The translations under genes and the position numbers were made by a program. Under the pieces are notes generated by a model. That model saw only the letters and a program-made list of their open reading frames with translations, did no database searches and had not been told where the DNA came from. 64,000 bases of DNA from an uncultured virus (IMG/VR IMGVR_UViG_3300048503_000010) (lineage: Duplodnaviria > Heunggongvirae > Uroviricota > Caudoviricetes): the IMG/VR virus record IMGVR_UViG_3300048503_000010, positions 1-64,000 of that record; one strand, given 5' to 3'. Below, in pieces: positions 30,965 to 40,875 of this stretch (its first letter is position 1; every line of letters starts with the position of its first letter).

Positions 30965-32371
30965 TAATAGGCGTAGCCATTTGTAAGTCACTGACTGTAT
31001 TATACTATCATACCACCTTTAAAATTAGTATAAACTCTAAAAGAATAGGGTACCTTTCTTAAAAAGATTGGTACCCTATTTTTGTAGTATAGTACCTTAT
31101 ATATAAACTATTGAAAACAATATCTGTTCATGCTTATGCCGGGTCCGTTTCCGTGAGTCGTGCGGGTACGGCGGAGACCCGTACGGCATCCGTGTTTAGC
31201 AGGGTTGGTTACGACCTAAGACCTGCACTTTCAGTGACTTACAGATTACTAATCAATTAGTTGCCCATTCCGGTCTTATCGTTTTGGTGCATCCTACTTT
31301 TTGCTCTTAATTCTCCTCTTCCTCGTAAGTCGTAGAAAATACCGGGCTTACAGCACGATGTAAACAATACAGGGTAATGTTGACATTTTAAAAAGGAAAA
31401 AGTATATGCGAATATTCGTATATACTAATTTTCAGCGTATCAACTTTACTTTCATGCTATCAACATATTCATCCTATCAACTTTACTTTCATCCCATCAA
31501 CACTCAACTAACAACCTATGTACGGCATACATATAAGCGTAGCTATAAGCGTAACCATTGGACAGGGAGCATACTGGTCTATTGCATTATGGTCTACTGC
31601 ATCTATGCCGGGTAGCAGGACAACAGGATAGTCGCATACAGGATTATATACACTCATACAAATAGAGCGACAACTAGTGACCGCGTATCGTATACCGATT
31701 GACCGTGATCAGCACTTGACCTGTAGCGCGTCTATCTACTCTCTGACACCTTATCTATGCCGATAATTAGTGACCGCGTATAGCGTACCAGTGTGTTCTA
31801 TGTGTCCCTTTGTGCCGCATTGGACTATGTAATTTTTGCATAGCAGTTTTTGACTACGACCTGATATATACCCTACCAGGGTATACTATCAACTGATACC
31901 CTACCAGGGTATGGACTTCATAACTTGTTTATTATCAATAAAACTGTTTACTAATGTATAACATTCGATGAAGTGTAATAAATGTTTGCATTAGTATGAT
32001 TACATTAGACTTATATCTTGCTATGTTTACTCTTGTATAAATATCGCTCTATCGCTCTGTATGGCTTGTCTGTGCCCTTTGTCTCGTTTTTGGTCACCGC
32101 GTATCGTATACGTGCCTTGCAGGAGCACACGGAGGATTTTAAAAATCAAAAAGTGAATGTAAACTATTGAATACAAAGAGGATACATACGATTCTATCAG
32201 AATAGGCGAAGTAATGGCGAAGAATAAACGAACGAAAAGCGAATATAAATGGTCCGTGGCAGATACACTTTATTAAAAGATATTTGATGGTATGAACACT
32301 ATGAACACCTTGTATCCTATTATATGAAAATAGTTCTTGACAACATATTCTGAGGACATGCTATTCTGGTA

Positions 32372-32614
32372 ATGCAAGACAGAGAGAGAGGAACACAAGT
32401 GACAGTTGCAAGTTTCCTGAACACTCCGCACAGTCGCAGTGCATTGCGCACCGTATGTGCCGATCATCTTAGGATAGGCGACTATCTGTTAGATGATAGC
32501 GAAGTAATCCAGCGCATCATCGGCCCATCCGCTGATAACGTTTTAGGCGTGATTTTCGTGGATGGTAATTGTCACCATTTTCGGGGCGATGCACTAATTA
32601 CCATTATCCGTTAA
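32372..32614 (+). CDS. Hypothetical early protein (start may be GTG near 32399)
   Basis: Follows a TTGACA promoter at 32337. Confidence 0.55.
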   Translation: MQDRERGTQVTVASFLNTPHSRSALRTVCADHLRIGDYLLDDSEVIQRIIGPSADNVLGVIFVDGNCHHFRGDALITIIR

Positions 32615-32780
32615 CAGTCAACCGCGTATCATATACGCTTGAAGGAGAAAAATGATCGTTCCCATTCTTTTCGGATGTACTTTGTATTTTATCATCCTTG
32701 CAATTGCAGACCTAATGAATGGATGCCAAAAACGCTAACGCGTATCGTATACGCTCTAACCTGTATCATGGAGAATGAAA

Positions 32781-32942
32781 ATGACTAATCGAATCTTTTA
32801 CGCTGTAGTAGTCAATGGCAAGGAAACTAACAAGCGCGTACGGTATACCGATGCCGTTAAACTTGCTAACGAGTTACGCGCTAAGCATGGCACATATGCA
32901 GTATGGCTTCGCCAGCACCTTGAGTTGATTCCTTCACTGTAG
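32781..32942 (+). CDS. 53-aa hypothetical protein (not in the ORF track)
   Basis: GGAG RBS; MTNRIFYAVVVNGKETNKRVRY...IPSL. Confidence 0.55.
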   Translation: MTNRIFYAVVVNGKETNKRVRYTDAVKLANELRAKHGTYAVWLRQHLELIPSL

Positions 32943-32987
32943 TAATCAACCGCGTATCGTATACGCTCAGAAGAATGGAGTAGAACA

Positions 32988-34520
32988 ATGGAATTTTTGA
33001 AAAGCTTCACAGCCGCGCGACAAGTATCAACTCCACTTGTCGCAGTGCGAACGTTTGACTCTAAGTCCACGGTAGACGCTATTCGCTCGCTTTTCACCGA
33101 TGATATTCCACCATTGATTTTATGGGATTGTATCAATGGCTTTCAAGCCATTACTCCCAAGAGCAAAAACGTATTGAATACGCTTTTCTCTGTGCTGGAG
33201 TCTACACCCGTAGCGTCTGAAAGCTTGATCGAAGCGCTACGCTTAGTGAGTAAGAAAAATGTGCAAGAAGTCCCTGTAATTGGAGACGACTGCATCATTT
33301 TCTTGTCAAATACTCATCTTCACTGGTCTGACTCAAACGTGATTCAAGCTATCTGGAATCTTCGCAACGACTTCAAGGCACACGGTAACATGCTAGTTAT
33401 GCTTTGTGGACAGGGAGCTACACTTCCATCCGAGTTATCCCATGATGTGTTAGTGCTAGATGAACCGTTGCCGACAAGAGAGACACTCGAAAACGTGGTA
33501 TGCGATACGTTCAAATGCGCCAAACTACCGGAACCTAACGCCGATGAATTACTCAAGGCAGTGGACGCCTTGATTGGACTGCCTTACTTTCCCGCCGAAC
33601 AAAGTGTCGCCATGAGTATTGACATTGAACACAAGAGTCTTAATGTCGAGGAGTTATGGAGTCGTAAACGTCAAACGATAAACCAGACTAACGGTTTATC
33701 AGTGTCCAATGGTAAAGAGTCATTAGACGCTATCGGTGGACTCCAGACCATTAAAGCTTATATGCAAGCTTTGCTCACAGGCAGGGAGCAACCGCATTGC
33801 ATTATCTTCATCGACGAGATTGAAAAAGCTTATGCAGGGAGTAGCACAGACACAAGCGGAGTGAAACAAGAACTAACACAGAATATGTTGACTTGGATGG
33901 AAGATACAAAAATGCGGGGTGCATTGTTTATCGGAGTACCGGGTGCAGGAAAATCGCAAATAGCGAAAGCTATCGCTGCATCGTATGGCATACCGTTTAT
34001 TAAGTTTGACCTTGCCGGTATGCAGTCAAGTCTTGTCGGTTCGTCCGGGGCCAACCTCCGCGCTGCAATTGCTACTGTAGACGCGGTATCAGACAAGCGG
34101 GTACTCTGCATTGGCACGTGCAATAGTATTGACGCCTTGCCTCCTGAATTGCGCTCTAGATTCCGTGACGGCATTTTCTTCTTTGACCTGCCAACAGACA
34201 TAGAGCGTGCATCAATATGGACAATTCATCGTGAGCGTTTTAGTATCCCGGTATCAGATACACTCCCATCTGACAACGGATGGACAGGCCGCGAAATTGA
34301 AGAGTGTTGCTCTAAGGCATACCGTCTTAAGCTATCACTTTGTGACGCTGCTACGTATGTCATACCGGTGTCACAGTCGAGTGGTACGCTAATCGATGGA
34401 TTACGCCGTGACTGTGCCGGGAAGTATTTGTCGGCAAGTTATCCCGGCATATACCAGTATGCTGAGCAAGTGTCTAGTGTCTCTACAGTGTCAGAGACAA
34501 GCGGAAGAAAAATCAGGTAA
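32988..34520 (+). CDS. Ycf46-like AAA+ ATPase
   Basis: GVPGAGKS, IFIDEIEKA, TCN...LPPEL..RF...FFFDLP, WTGREIE. Confidence 0.85.
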   Translation: MEFLKSFTAARQVSTPLVAVRTFDSKSTVDAIRSLFTDDIPPLILWDCINGFQAITPKSKNVLNTLFSVLESTPVASESLIEALRLVSKKNVQEVPVIGDDCIIFLSNTHLHWSDSNVIQAIWNLRNDFKAHGNMLVMLCGQGATLPSELSHDVLVLDEPLPTRETLENVVCDTFKCAKLPEPNADELLKAVDALIGLPYFPAEQSVAMSIDIEHKSLNVEELWSRKRQTINQTNGLSVSNGKESLDAIGGLQTIKAYMQALLTGREQPHCIIFIDEIEKAYAGSSTDTSGVKQELTQNMLTWMEDTKMRGALFIGVPGAGKSQIAKAIAASYGIPFIKFDLAGMQSSLVGSSGANLRAAIATVDAVSDKRVLCIGTCNSIDALPPELRSRFRDGIFFFDLPTDIERASIWTIHRERFSIPVSDTLPSDNGWTGREIEECCSKAYRLKLSLCDAATYVIPVSQSSGTLIDGLRRDCAGKYLSASYPGIYQYAEQVSSVSTVSETSGRKIR

Positions 34521-34563
34521 GACAGCGGAGTGTACAGCGTACACTCAGAATGGAGAAAAAAAA

Positions 34564-34746
34564 ATGAATCAACTTGATGCTATGATAGGATGGGAAAACG
34601 GTGAATTAGACAAGGATGAAACAGTTGCTCTTTTCCAAGATCTTGTCAATTCTGGTCTAGTGTGGCAGTTACAAGGATGCTATGGGCGCATGGCAGGAGC
34701 ATTAATCGATGCGGGCTTAGTTTTCCTAAACGAGGTGTCACAGTGA
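34564..34746 (+). CDS. Small phage protein
   Basis: WENGELD...LFQDLV.SG..WQLQG.YGR; RBS. Confidence 0.65.
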   Translation: MNQLDAMIGWENGELDKDETVALFQDLVNSGLVWQLQGCYGRMAGALIDAGLVFLNEVSQ

Positions 34747-35186
34747 GTAAGTATTCCGAAAACAAAACGCAGTTTCATGATGCTGAATTGTTATGTCTTG
34801 CACTGCAAGACATGGGCTTTACTATCGCGCAGATTGAGCGTAACACTAACCCTCAACTTATGTACGATTTTTGCGGGCGCGTAACTACGTATCTTGATGC
34901 ATCCGGCGATAAGGCGGAGATTATCATTCGCCGAAAGCATGTTGACTCTGTCCTAAGTGGCAGTTCTTCGAATGACCTTGGATTCCGCAAGGATACAAAA
35001 ACTGGATTGTACGGTGCGATAATCTCAGAGTATGATTCTCATTATGCAAATAAGGCATGGTTAACGCGTCTAGCAGTATCGTATGCAAAGCATGGCATTA
35101 TGCGGCAAGCTGCTAGTAAGGGTATGCGCTTAGCTTCAACTACTCAAAAAAACGGCAAGATAACCTTGCAGTATCTTGGAGTGTAG
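34743..35186 (+). CDS. DUF1257 (Ycf35)-like protein
   Basis: GTG start; L..AL.DMGF, NDLGF, L...YA pattern. Confidence 0.75.
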   Translation: MSKYSENKTQFHDAELLCLALQDMGFTIAQIERNTNPQLMYDFCGRVTTYLDASGDKAEIIIRRKHVDSVLSGSSSNDLGFRKDTKTGLYGAIISEYDSHYANKAWLTRLAVSYAKHGIMRQAASKGMRLASTTQKNGKITLQYLGV

Positions 35187-35190
35187 GAAC

Positions 35191-35379
35191 ATGGCGAAAA
35201 TGATTAAAATTGTGATCGACGAATCAGACGCATCTTTTAGTGTAGACTTGACAGGATTCCACGGTCAAGGCTGTGACGACGTTGTTAAACTTTTTGCGGA
35301 GATTGGGGAAACTACGAAAGTAATCAGTAAACCCGAGTACCGTGAAACGAATCTGACAAGTGTGAAAGTAGGACGGTAA
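35191..35379 (+). CDS. DUF2997-like protein
   Basis: I.I.....V...GF.G.GC...KPEY. Confidence 0.7.
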   Translation: MAKMIKIVIDESDASFSVDLTGFHGQGCDDVVKLFAEIGETTKVISKPEYRETNLTSVKVGR

Positions 35380-35705
35380 TGCAAACTTACCTTTTCACCA
35401 TTGATGAAAATGCTGTGACTCGTTTTCTAGTTAACGATATGACAAGAGGATTTTTGACTAGCGATTCTCTTGTTAAACGCGCAAGTCACATTGAACCGGT
35501 ATGCCATACACTGCGCGTTATCTTTTACGCGTTACGCGCATTGTTTGGCGATGCCGGTAGAGTGTCAGAGTATACGCGTACGTGGCATTGTCTATGGAGA
35601 ATCAATCTAACACCTGTCCACGGTCCCATCATTCCGATAGATTTTCGGTCACGGTCACTGGCTATGGAATTTGAGGTATCATGGCTAAACGAGAATTTTT
35701 TGTAA
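35379..35705 (+). CDS. RASHxEP-motif hypothetical protein
   Basis: RASHIEP...W..NL.PV.GP...F..R..A..FE..WL. Confidence 0.65.
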   Translation: MQTYLFTIDENAVTRFLVNDMTRGFLTSDSLVKRASHIEPVCHTLRVIFYALRALFGDAGRVSEYTRTWHCLWRINLTPVHGPIIPIDFRSRSLAMEFEVSWLNENFL

Positions 35706-35740
35706 GCTAACCCGTGCGTTACGCGCACAGAAAAGGATGA

Positions 35741-36679
35741 ATGAAAATGACTGCTAAAATCACAGACGCAACGAAAATAATTGACAAGACAGTTTTTCTC
35801 CGCACTGCTTTCCACGTGCTAGGTAACACAAAAAAGGTTTCCAACAGTGTGCTAGCATCTAACAATTCTGCGAATACTCGTCTTGTGAAAATCCAGAAGA
35901 CTCTGCTAGAGTCTAAAGAATTGGATGCGATACGTTCTGCCGATGGACAGATGCGCGCATACCTTTACAACGTGTGTTTGCCGTATGGAGACATGGGTAT
36001 CCTACTCTTGTCTCGTGAACTGGTAGATTCTGTAACGGACCGATGCGAAGCTTTCATAGACGAGCGTAACGAATTGGTTAATGCGTTTATCGAAGCTTAT
36101 CCTGCACTGTGCGACAATGCGAAGAATGAACTAGAAAAGCTTGCACACGAGTTGGGACTTTCCGTGGAACTGCTATACAGTGCGGCGGATTACCCATCTG
36201 TGCAAAGCTTGAAAAGCTTTTTCTCGTTTGAATACCAGTATTTTTCTTTCAGTGTGCCCGCTGGCATGAATGAAGAGACATATCAAAAAGAAGTGAGCAA
36301 GGCACAGGCAAAAATCGAACAGGCAGTAGAAGGAATTGTCTTAGCACTGCGCGAGAATTTTTTTGAACTGGTAAACCACTTGCAGACGGCTCTCGAACCC
36401 AATGCAGACGGAAAGCCCAAGCGTCTATTCGCCAGCACGGTCACGAATCTACAAGATTTTTTGGACACATTTAAGGCGCGAAATGTTACGAATGATGCAG
36501 ATCTCGATGCGCTTGTGAATGAAGTACAAAAAATCATTCATCCAAACTTATCGGTGGATGTGATCAAAAAAGATGAAAGCTTCAAGACCTCTATCCATGA
36601 GAAAATGGAGGATATATCCGGAAAGCTTTCCAAACTAGTCGAGATCACTCCGGGAAGAAAATTCAGAGGAGTAGATTAA
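35741..36679 (+). CDS. DUF3150-like helical protein
   Basis: 312 aa; F...YP, DYPS...L...F.F motifs. Confidence 0.65.
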   Translation: MKMTAKITDATKIIDKTVFLRTAFHVLGNTKKVSNSVLASNNSANTRLVKIQKTLLESKELDAIRSADGQMRAYLYNVCLPYGDMGILLLSRELVDSVTDRCEAFIDERNELVNAFIEAYPALCDNAKNELEKLAHELGLSVELLYSAADYPSVQSLKSFFSFEYQYFSFSVPAGMNEETYQKEVSKAQAKIEQAVEGIVLALRENFFELVNHLQTALEPNADGKPKRLFASTVTNLQDFLDTFKARNVTNDADLDALVNEVQKIIHPNLSVDVIKKDESFKTSIHEKMEDISGKLSKLVEITPGRKFRGVD

Positions 36680-36718
36680 AATACAGGTGAATAATTATTA
36701 GAGATCATTAGAATACTT

Positions 36719-36752
36719 GCCCGGACTGCTTTTACAGGGTCCGGGCTTTTTT
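36719..36752 (+). terminator. Intrinsic terminator
   Basis: GCCCGGAC...GTCCGGGC followed by T-run. Confidence 0.85.
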
Positions 36753-36757
36753 GTCCC

Positions 36758-37596
36758 TAAACCATCATGGACAAGGCACGACATTGACCTGTAGCGCGTC
36801 CGGGACCGTGGATGGTGGTAAACCATCATGGGCAAGGCACGACGTTAGCCTGTAGCGCGTCCGGGACCGTGGATGGTGGTAAACCATCATGGGCAAGGCA
36901 CGACGTTAGCCTGTAGCGCGTCCGGGACCGTGGATGGTGGTAAACCATCATGGACAAGGCACGACATTGACCTGTAGCGCGTCCGGGACCGTGGATGGTG
37001 GTAAACCATCATGGGCAAGGCACGACGTTAGCCTGTAGCGCGTCCGGGACCGTGGATGGTGGTAAACCATCATGGACAAGGCACGACATTGACCTGTAGC
37101 GCGTCCGGGACCGTGGATGGTGGTAAACCATCATGGGCAAGGCACGACGTTAGCCTGTAGCGCGTCCGGGACCGTGGATGGTGGTAAACCATCATGGGCA
37201 AGGCACGACGTTAGCCTGTAGCGCGTCCGGGACCGTGGATGGTGGTAAACCATCATGGACAAGGCACGACATTGACCTGTAGCGCGTCCGGGACCGTGGA
37301 TGGTGGTAAACCATCATGGGCAAGGCACGACGTTAGCCTGTAGCGCGTCCGGGACCGTGGATGGTGGTAAACCATCATGGACAAGGCACGACATTGACCT
37401 GTAGCGCGTCCGGGACCGTGGATGGTGGTAAACCATCATGGGCAAGGCACGACGTTAGCCTGTAGCGCGTCCGGGACCGTGGATGGTGGTAAACCATCAT
37501 GGGCAAGGCACGACGTTAGCCTGTAGCGCGTCCGGGACCGTGGATGGTGGTAAACCATCATGGGCAAGGCACGACGTTAGCCTGTAGCGCGTCCGG
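36758..37596. repeat. 61-bp tandem array, 13 full units plus one partial, two variants
   Basis: Unit TAAACCATCATGG(A/G)CAAGGCACGAC(ATTGA/GTTAG)CCTGTAGCGCGTCCGGGACCGTGGATGGTGG. Confidence 0.97.
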
Positions 37597-37874
37597 CATA
37601 GATACACCCTCAGATCAACCCCATACGGAGCCGCACCGGTATACTCTCAAGATCAGTAACTTCCTATAAGCAACTCTCTTGGTACTTAATGGTTTCAAAG
37701 TGTCAGTAATAGTTTATAGAGAATTGTCTTGGTACTTGTAAGATACAGTTTTAGAAGATTAAAAGTTTTACACATTTCCACAAAGAGGGAAATTGAAAAT
37801 AGTGCTTGACAGATTCTATAACCGTGCTACTCTAACAATGTAAGGAAAAATTAATCCAACAGAGGAGAAAAATC

Positions 37875-38378
37875 ATGGGAACACGTAGTCTAGTTTATGT
37901 AAGTGAAACTGAGAAAGCCGCACCTTTTCTGTGTTTGTACAGACAGTTTGATGGCTACCCTTCCGGTATGGGCAGGGATTTGTTTAACCTGCTCAAAGGT
38001 TACAAGATTACAAACGGTTTTTCCGGCGACGATGCGGTCTGTGCAAAATGTGGGCGAGAATCTTACGCACATCTTTTGAATGATAAACCGAATCATCCAG
38101 ATCACCCCTTCGAGACAAAACGGGTTGCTAATGGTATCAATTGTTTGGCAGCAACTCTTGTAAAAGGTCTTAAAGACGGTTTGAACGGCATTTACCTTTA
38201 TTCTCCACGGACAAAAGATGCTGGACAAGAATATATCTACCGTCTTTACATGAGCGCAGGGACACTCTTTCTTAAAATCGAGGCACAAAATTATGACAAC
38301 GCCCCGGACGCTTCAAACGCAATTCTGTATAATGGCCCACTTGATGAATTCGACGACGAAAAAATTGTTGAAGAATAA
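37875..38378 (+). CDS. Hypothetical early protein (MGTRS...DGYP motif)
   Basis: Own TTGACA promoter at 37806 and GAGGAG RBS. Confidence 0.75.
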   Translation: MGTRSLVYVSETEKAAPFLCLYRQFDGYPSGMGRDLFNLLKGYKITNGFSGDDAVCAKCGRESYAHLLNDKPNHPDHPFETKRVANGINCLAATLVKGLKDGLNGIYLYSPRTKDAGQEYIYRLYMSAGTLFLKIEAQNYDNAPDASNAILYNGPLDEFDDEKIVEE

Positions 38379-38438
38379 TCAAAAAAGTGCTTGACAAACT
38401 AACAAAGATTTGGTAGAGTAATTGAGAGGAGAAAAACA

Positions 38439-39140
38439 ATGTGCAACTTCGCAAGCTTTGTACTAACGAAAGATTCGATTTTTTGGTGCGACGAGAGTGA
38501 TTCTCACGAGGACATCATCAGTGAGAATTCACTTCACGCAGACGGTGTAGCCGGTCCCAATGTTCTTCGAGTGGAAGTATCGCCTACAAAAAACGTAACC
38601 GATTTGATGGACTTTGCGTCTTGGCAATACAAAGTCGATCAGGATATAATGCCGGGTTGGTTTGATGCGGTAACGTGCGAAACCCGTACTAGAGAGGCGT
38701 TACAGGAACGGTTCAAAAGGGGTTTGAAGGTTGGCGGTAGCCTGTATCTAAACGGTTGCACGGGCCTCAAGGAACTCCCGAATGGTTTGAAGGTTGGCGG
38801 TTACCTGTATCTCGACGGTTGCACGGGCCTCAAGGCACTCCCGGATGGTTTGAAGGTTGGCGGTTACCTGTGTCTCGACGGTTGCACGGGCCTCAAGACA
38901 CTCCCGGATGTTTTGAAGGTTGGCGGTAGCCTGTCTCTCGACGGTTGCACGGGCCTCAAGACACTCCCGGATGATTTGAAGGTTGGCGGTGACCTGCTTC
39001 TCGACGGTTGCACGGGCCTCAAGGCACTCCCGGATGGTTTGAAGGTTAGCGGTGGCCTGTCTCTCAACGGTTGCACGGGCCTCAAGGCACTCCCGAAGGG
39101 TTTGAAGGTTGGCGGTAACCTGTATGGTTGGAAGAGGTAG
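38439..39140 (+). CDS. LRR protein copy 1 (94-aa N-domain + 6 repeats + cap)
   Basis: 21-aa repeat GLKVGGxLxLxGCTGLKxLPD. Confidence 0.9.
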   Translation: MCNFASFVLTKDSIFWCDESDSHEDIISENSLHADGVAGPNVLRVEVSPTKNVTDLMDFASWQYKVDQDIMPGWFDAVTCETRTREALQERFKRGLKVGGSLYLNGCTGLKELPNGLKVGGYLYLDGCTGLKALPDGLKVGGYLCLDGCTGLKTLPDVLKVGGSLSLDGCTGLKTLPDDLKVGGDLLLDGCTGLKALPDGLKVSGGLSLNGCTGLKALPKGLKVGGNLYGWKR

Positions 39141-39240
39141 TAGTCAATGGCAAGGAAACAAACTTGACAAGTTTTACAAAGTGTGAGACACTTTGAATGT
39201 AAGGAAAAGTTAACGCAGTACAAACCGAAAAGGAGAGATC

Positions 39241-39492
39241 ATGAAACGTTCTGGACAACTGGGGATGCTAGCAATACTCGCACAGATTACACTTCTGGCA
39301 GTCACTAAGCTAGAAGAGGACATGCTAGAAGCTGGCATATACACGAATTCTCTGGAAGATGCTAAAGAAGCATTGTCCGCAAACGCTGAGGTACTTGACC
39401 AGATGGCACAGGCCGAGTATAACATCGAACAGGCCGAAGCGAAGACGGCTGAAAAGTCTGAAACTAAGCCTACACGGTTCTTTGTAACCTAA
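39241..39492 (+). CDS. Hypothetical protein
   Basis: Promoter near 39164; AGGAG RBS. Confidence 0.55.
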   Translation: MKRSGQLGMLAILAQITLLAVTKLEEDMLEAGIYTNSLEDAKEALSANAEVLDQMAQAEYNIEQAEAKTAEKSETKPTRFFVT

Positions 39493-40194
39493 CGGAGAAG
39501 TAAGACAACTGGCAGAGTAAGACACACGTGCTCTGCCATAGCCGCTCTAATGGTAATGCGGTGACGCCTAAAGACGGATTGAATTCCAATGCAGCGTTAC
39601 TTAAACACATCTAGGAGCGGCTATGGGAGAGCAAGTAAGCTTTCTGATTGGAGAAAAGATGTACAGAATTCTAACCGAAGATGTAAACCGTGATTCGATT
39701 GAAGCTATTCTTGCACGTCACGTTATGGGAGCAACCTTGACGTATGGTTCCGGAATGTACAAGGGAGAGTGGGAAGACAGCCTTGCAATCGACCTTGTGA
39801 ACGTTGGTCCCGAAGTAGTTGAGACAATTGCACAAGAGGTCAAGGTTGCAAACAAGCAAGAATCAATTTTAATCCTTCACTTCCACGCTGACACTCTTTT
39901 CATCTAACGCAGCAACGAGACTGAAAGTCTCCACAACATTTTACCAAGAACTGAGAGGACAAAATGAACATTGGATTACCGGCATACACGCCCGACTTTT
40001 TCCGTGCAGAAATCGCACGGGACACCAATACACTATCAACCGAAACAAACTACACCAAGCGTCTTAAACTTTCCAATCGCATTGCCAGTGCTAAGGCATA
40101 TTTGGCCGACTTGGAAGCAATCGAAGCGCCGAAATATCCAGCAACGTAGTAAAACAATCTCTATAACCGTTTTGGTACTTGAAAGAGGCAGAGA

Positions 40195-40524
40195 ATGACG
40201 GATTTGAGCTATTACATTTACATAGACACATGGTCTGAGGACCGTCTGTCTGGAGAATACGCGAATGCTATGGACCGAGAAGACACACGGGCCATAGAAG
40301 TTCTTGGGAAAGAGTTAGCAAGAAGGCGCATTGCCGGGGAGAAACCGCCCTGTAAGCTAGTGGGCGAAGATGGCAACGTGTTCTCTATCATTGCTCGTGT
40401 AAACCGTACGCTTAAGCAAGCCGGTTTACCTTCACGGGCCAAAGAGTTCATGCACAAGGCTGCACAGTCTAGGGGCTATGATGCGGTACTCACACTGTGC
40501 GATGAATATGTGGAGGTAGAGTAA
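40195..40524 (+). CDS. Hypothetical phage protein
   Basis: C-terminal LVGEDGNVFSII.RV...LK..G motif. Confidence 0.65.
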   Translation: MTDLSYYIYIDTWSEDRLSGEYANAMDREDTRAIEVLGKELARRRIAGEKPPCKLVGEDGNVFSIIARVNRTLKQAGLPSRAKEFMHKAAQSRGYDAVLTLCDEYVEVE

Positions 40525-40875
40525 TGACACAAACATTAGTGGACAAGTCAACAACGTTTTTGCCCGGTGATCGAGTAATCATTTTTAGTATCGATGTACT
40601 GGGAACTATCAAGAGCGTTCGTTATGACTCAGCTAACAAAGCAATCTACACTGTCTTTACTAATGATCCGGCTGCTGTAGAAGACGGAGTATGCTATTGC
40701 CGGGAGTATGAGATCAAGTCATTTGGAGAGCGCCATGACTGAGATACTGGTAACTAATCAGGGACACACCTATGGCTACAAGGCATTCTACAAGGGCCGA
40801 GAGATTGAGTTATTTTTCATTTTTTACTTGACAAACTAACAAAGATTTGGTAGAGTAATTGAGAGGAGAAAAACA

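Noticed and set aside
36758..37596. CRISPR array
   Set aside because: Contiguous near-identical units with no unique spacers, and no cas genes
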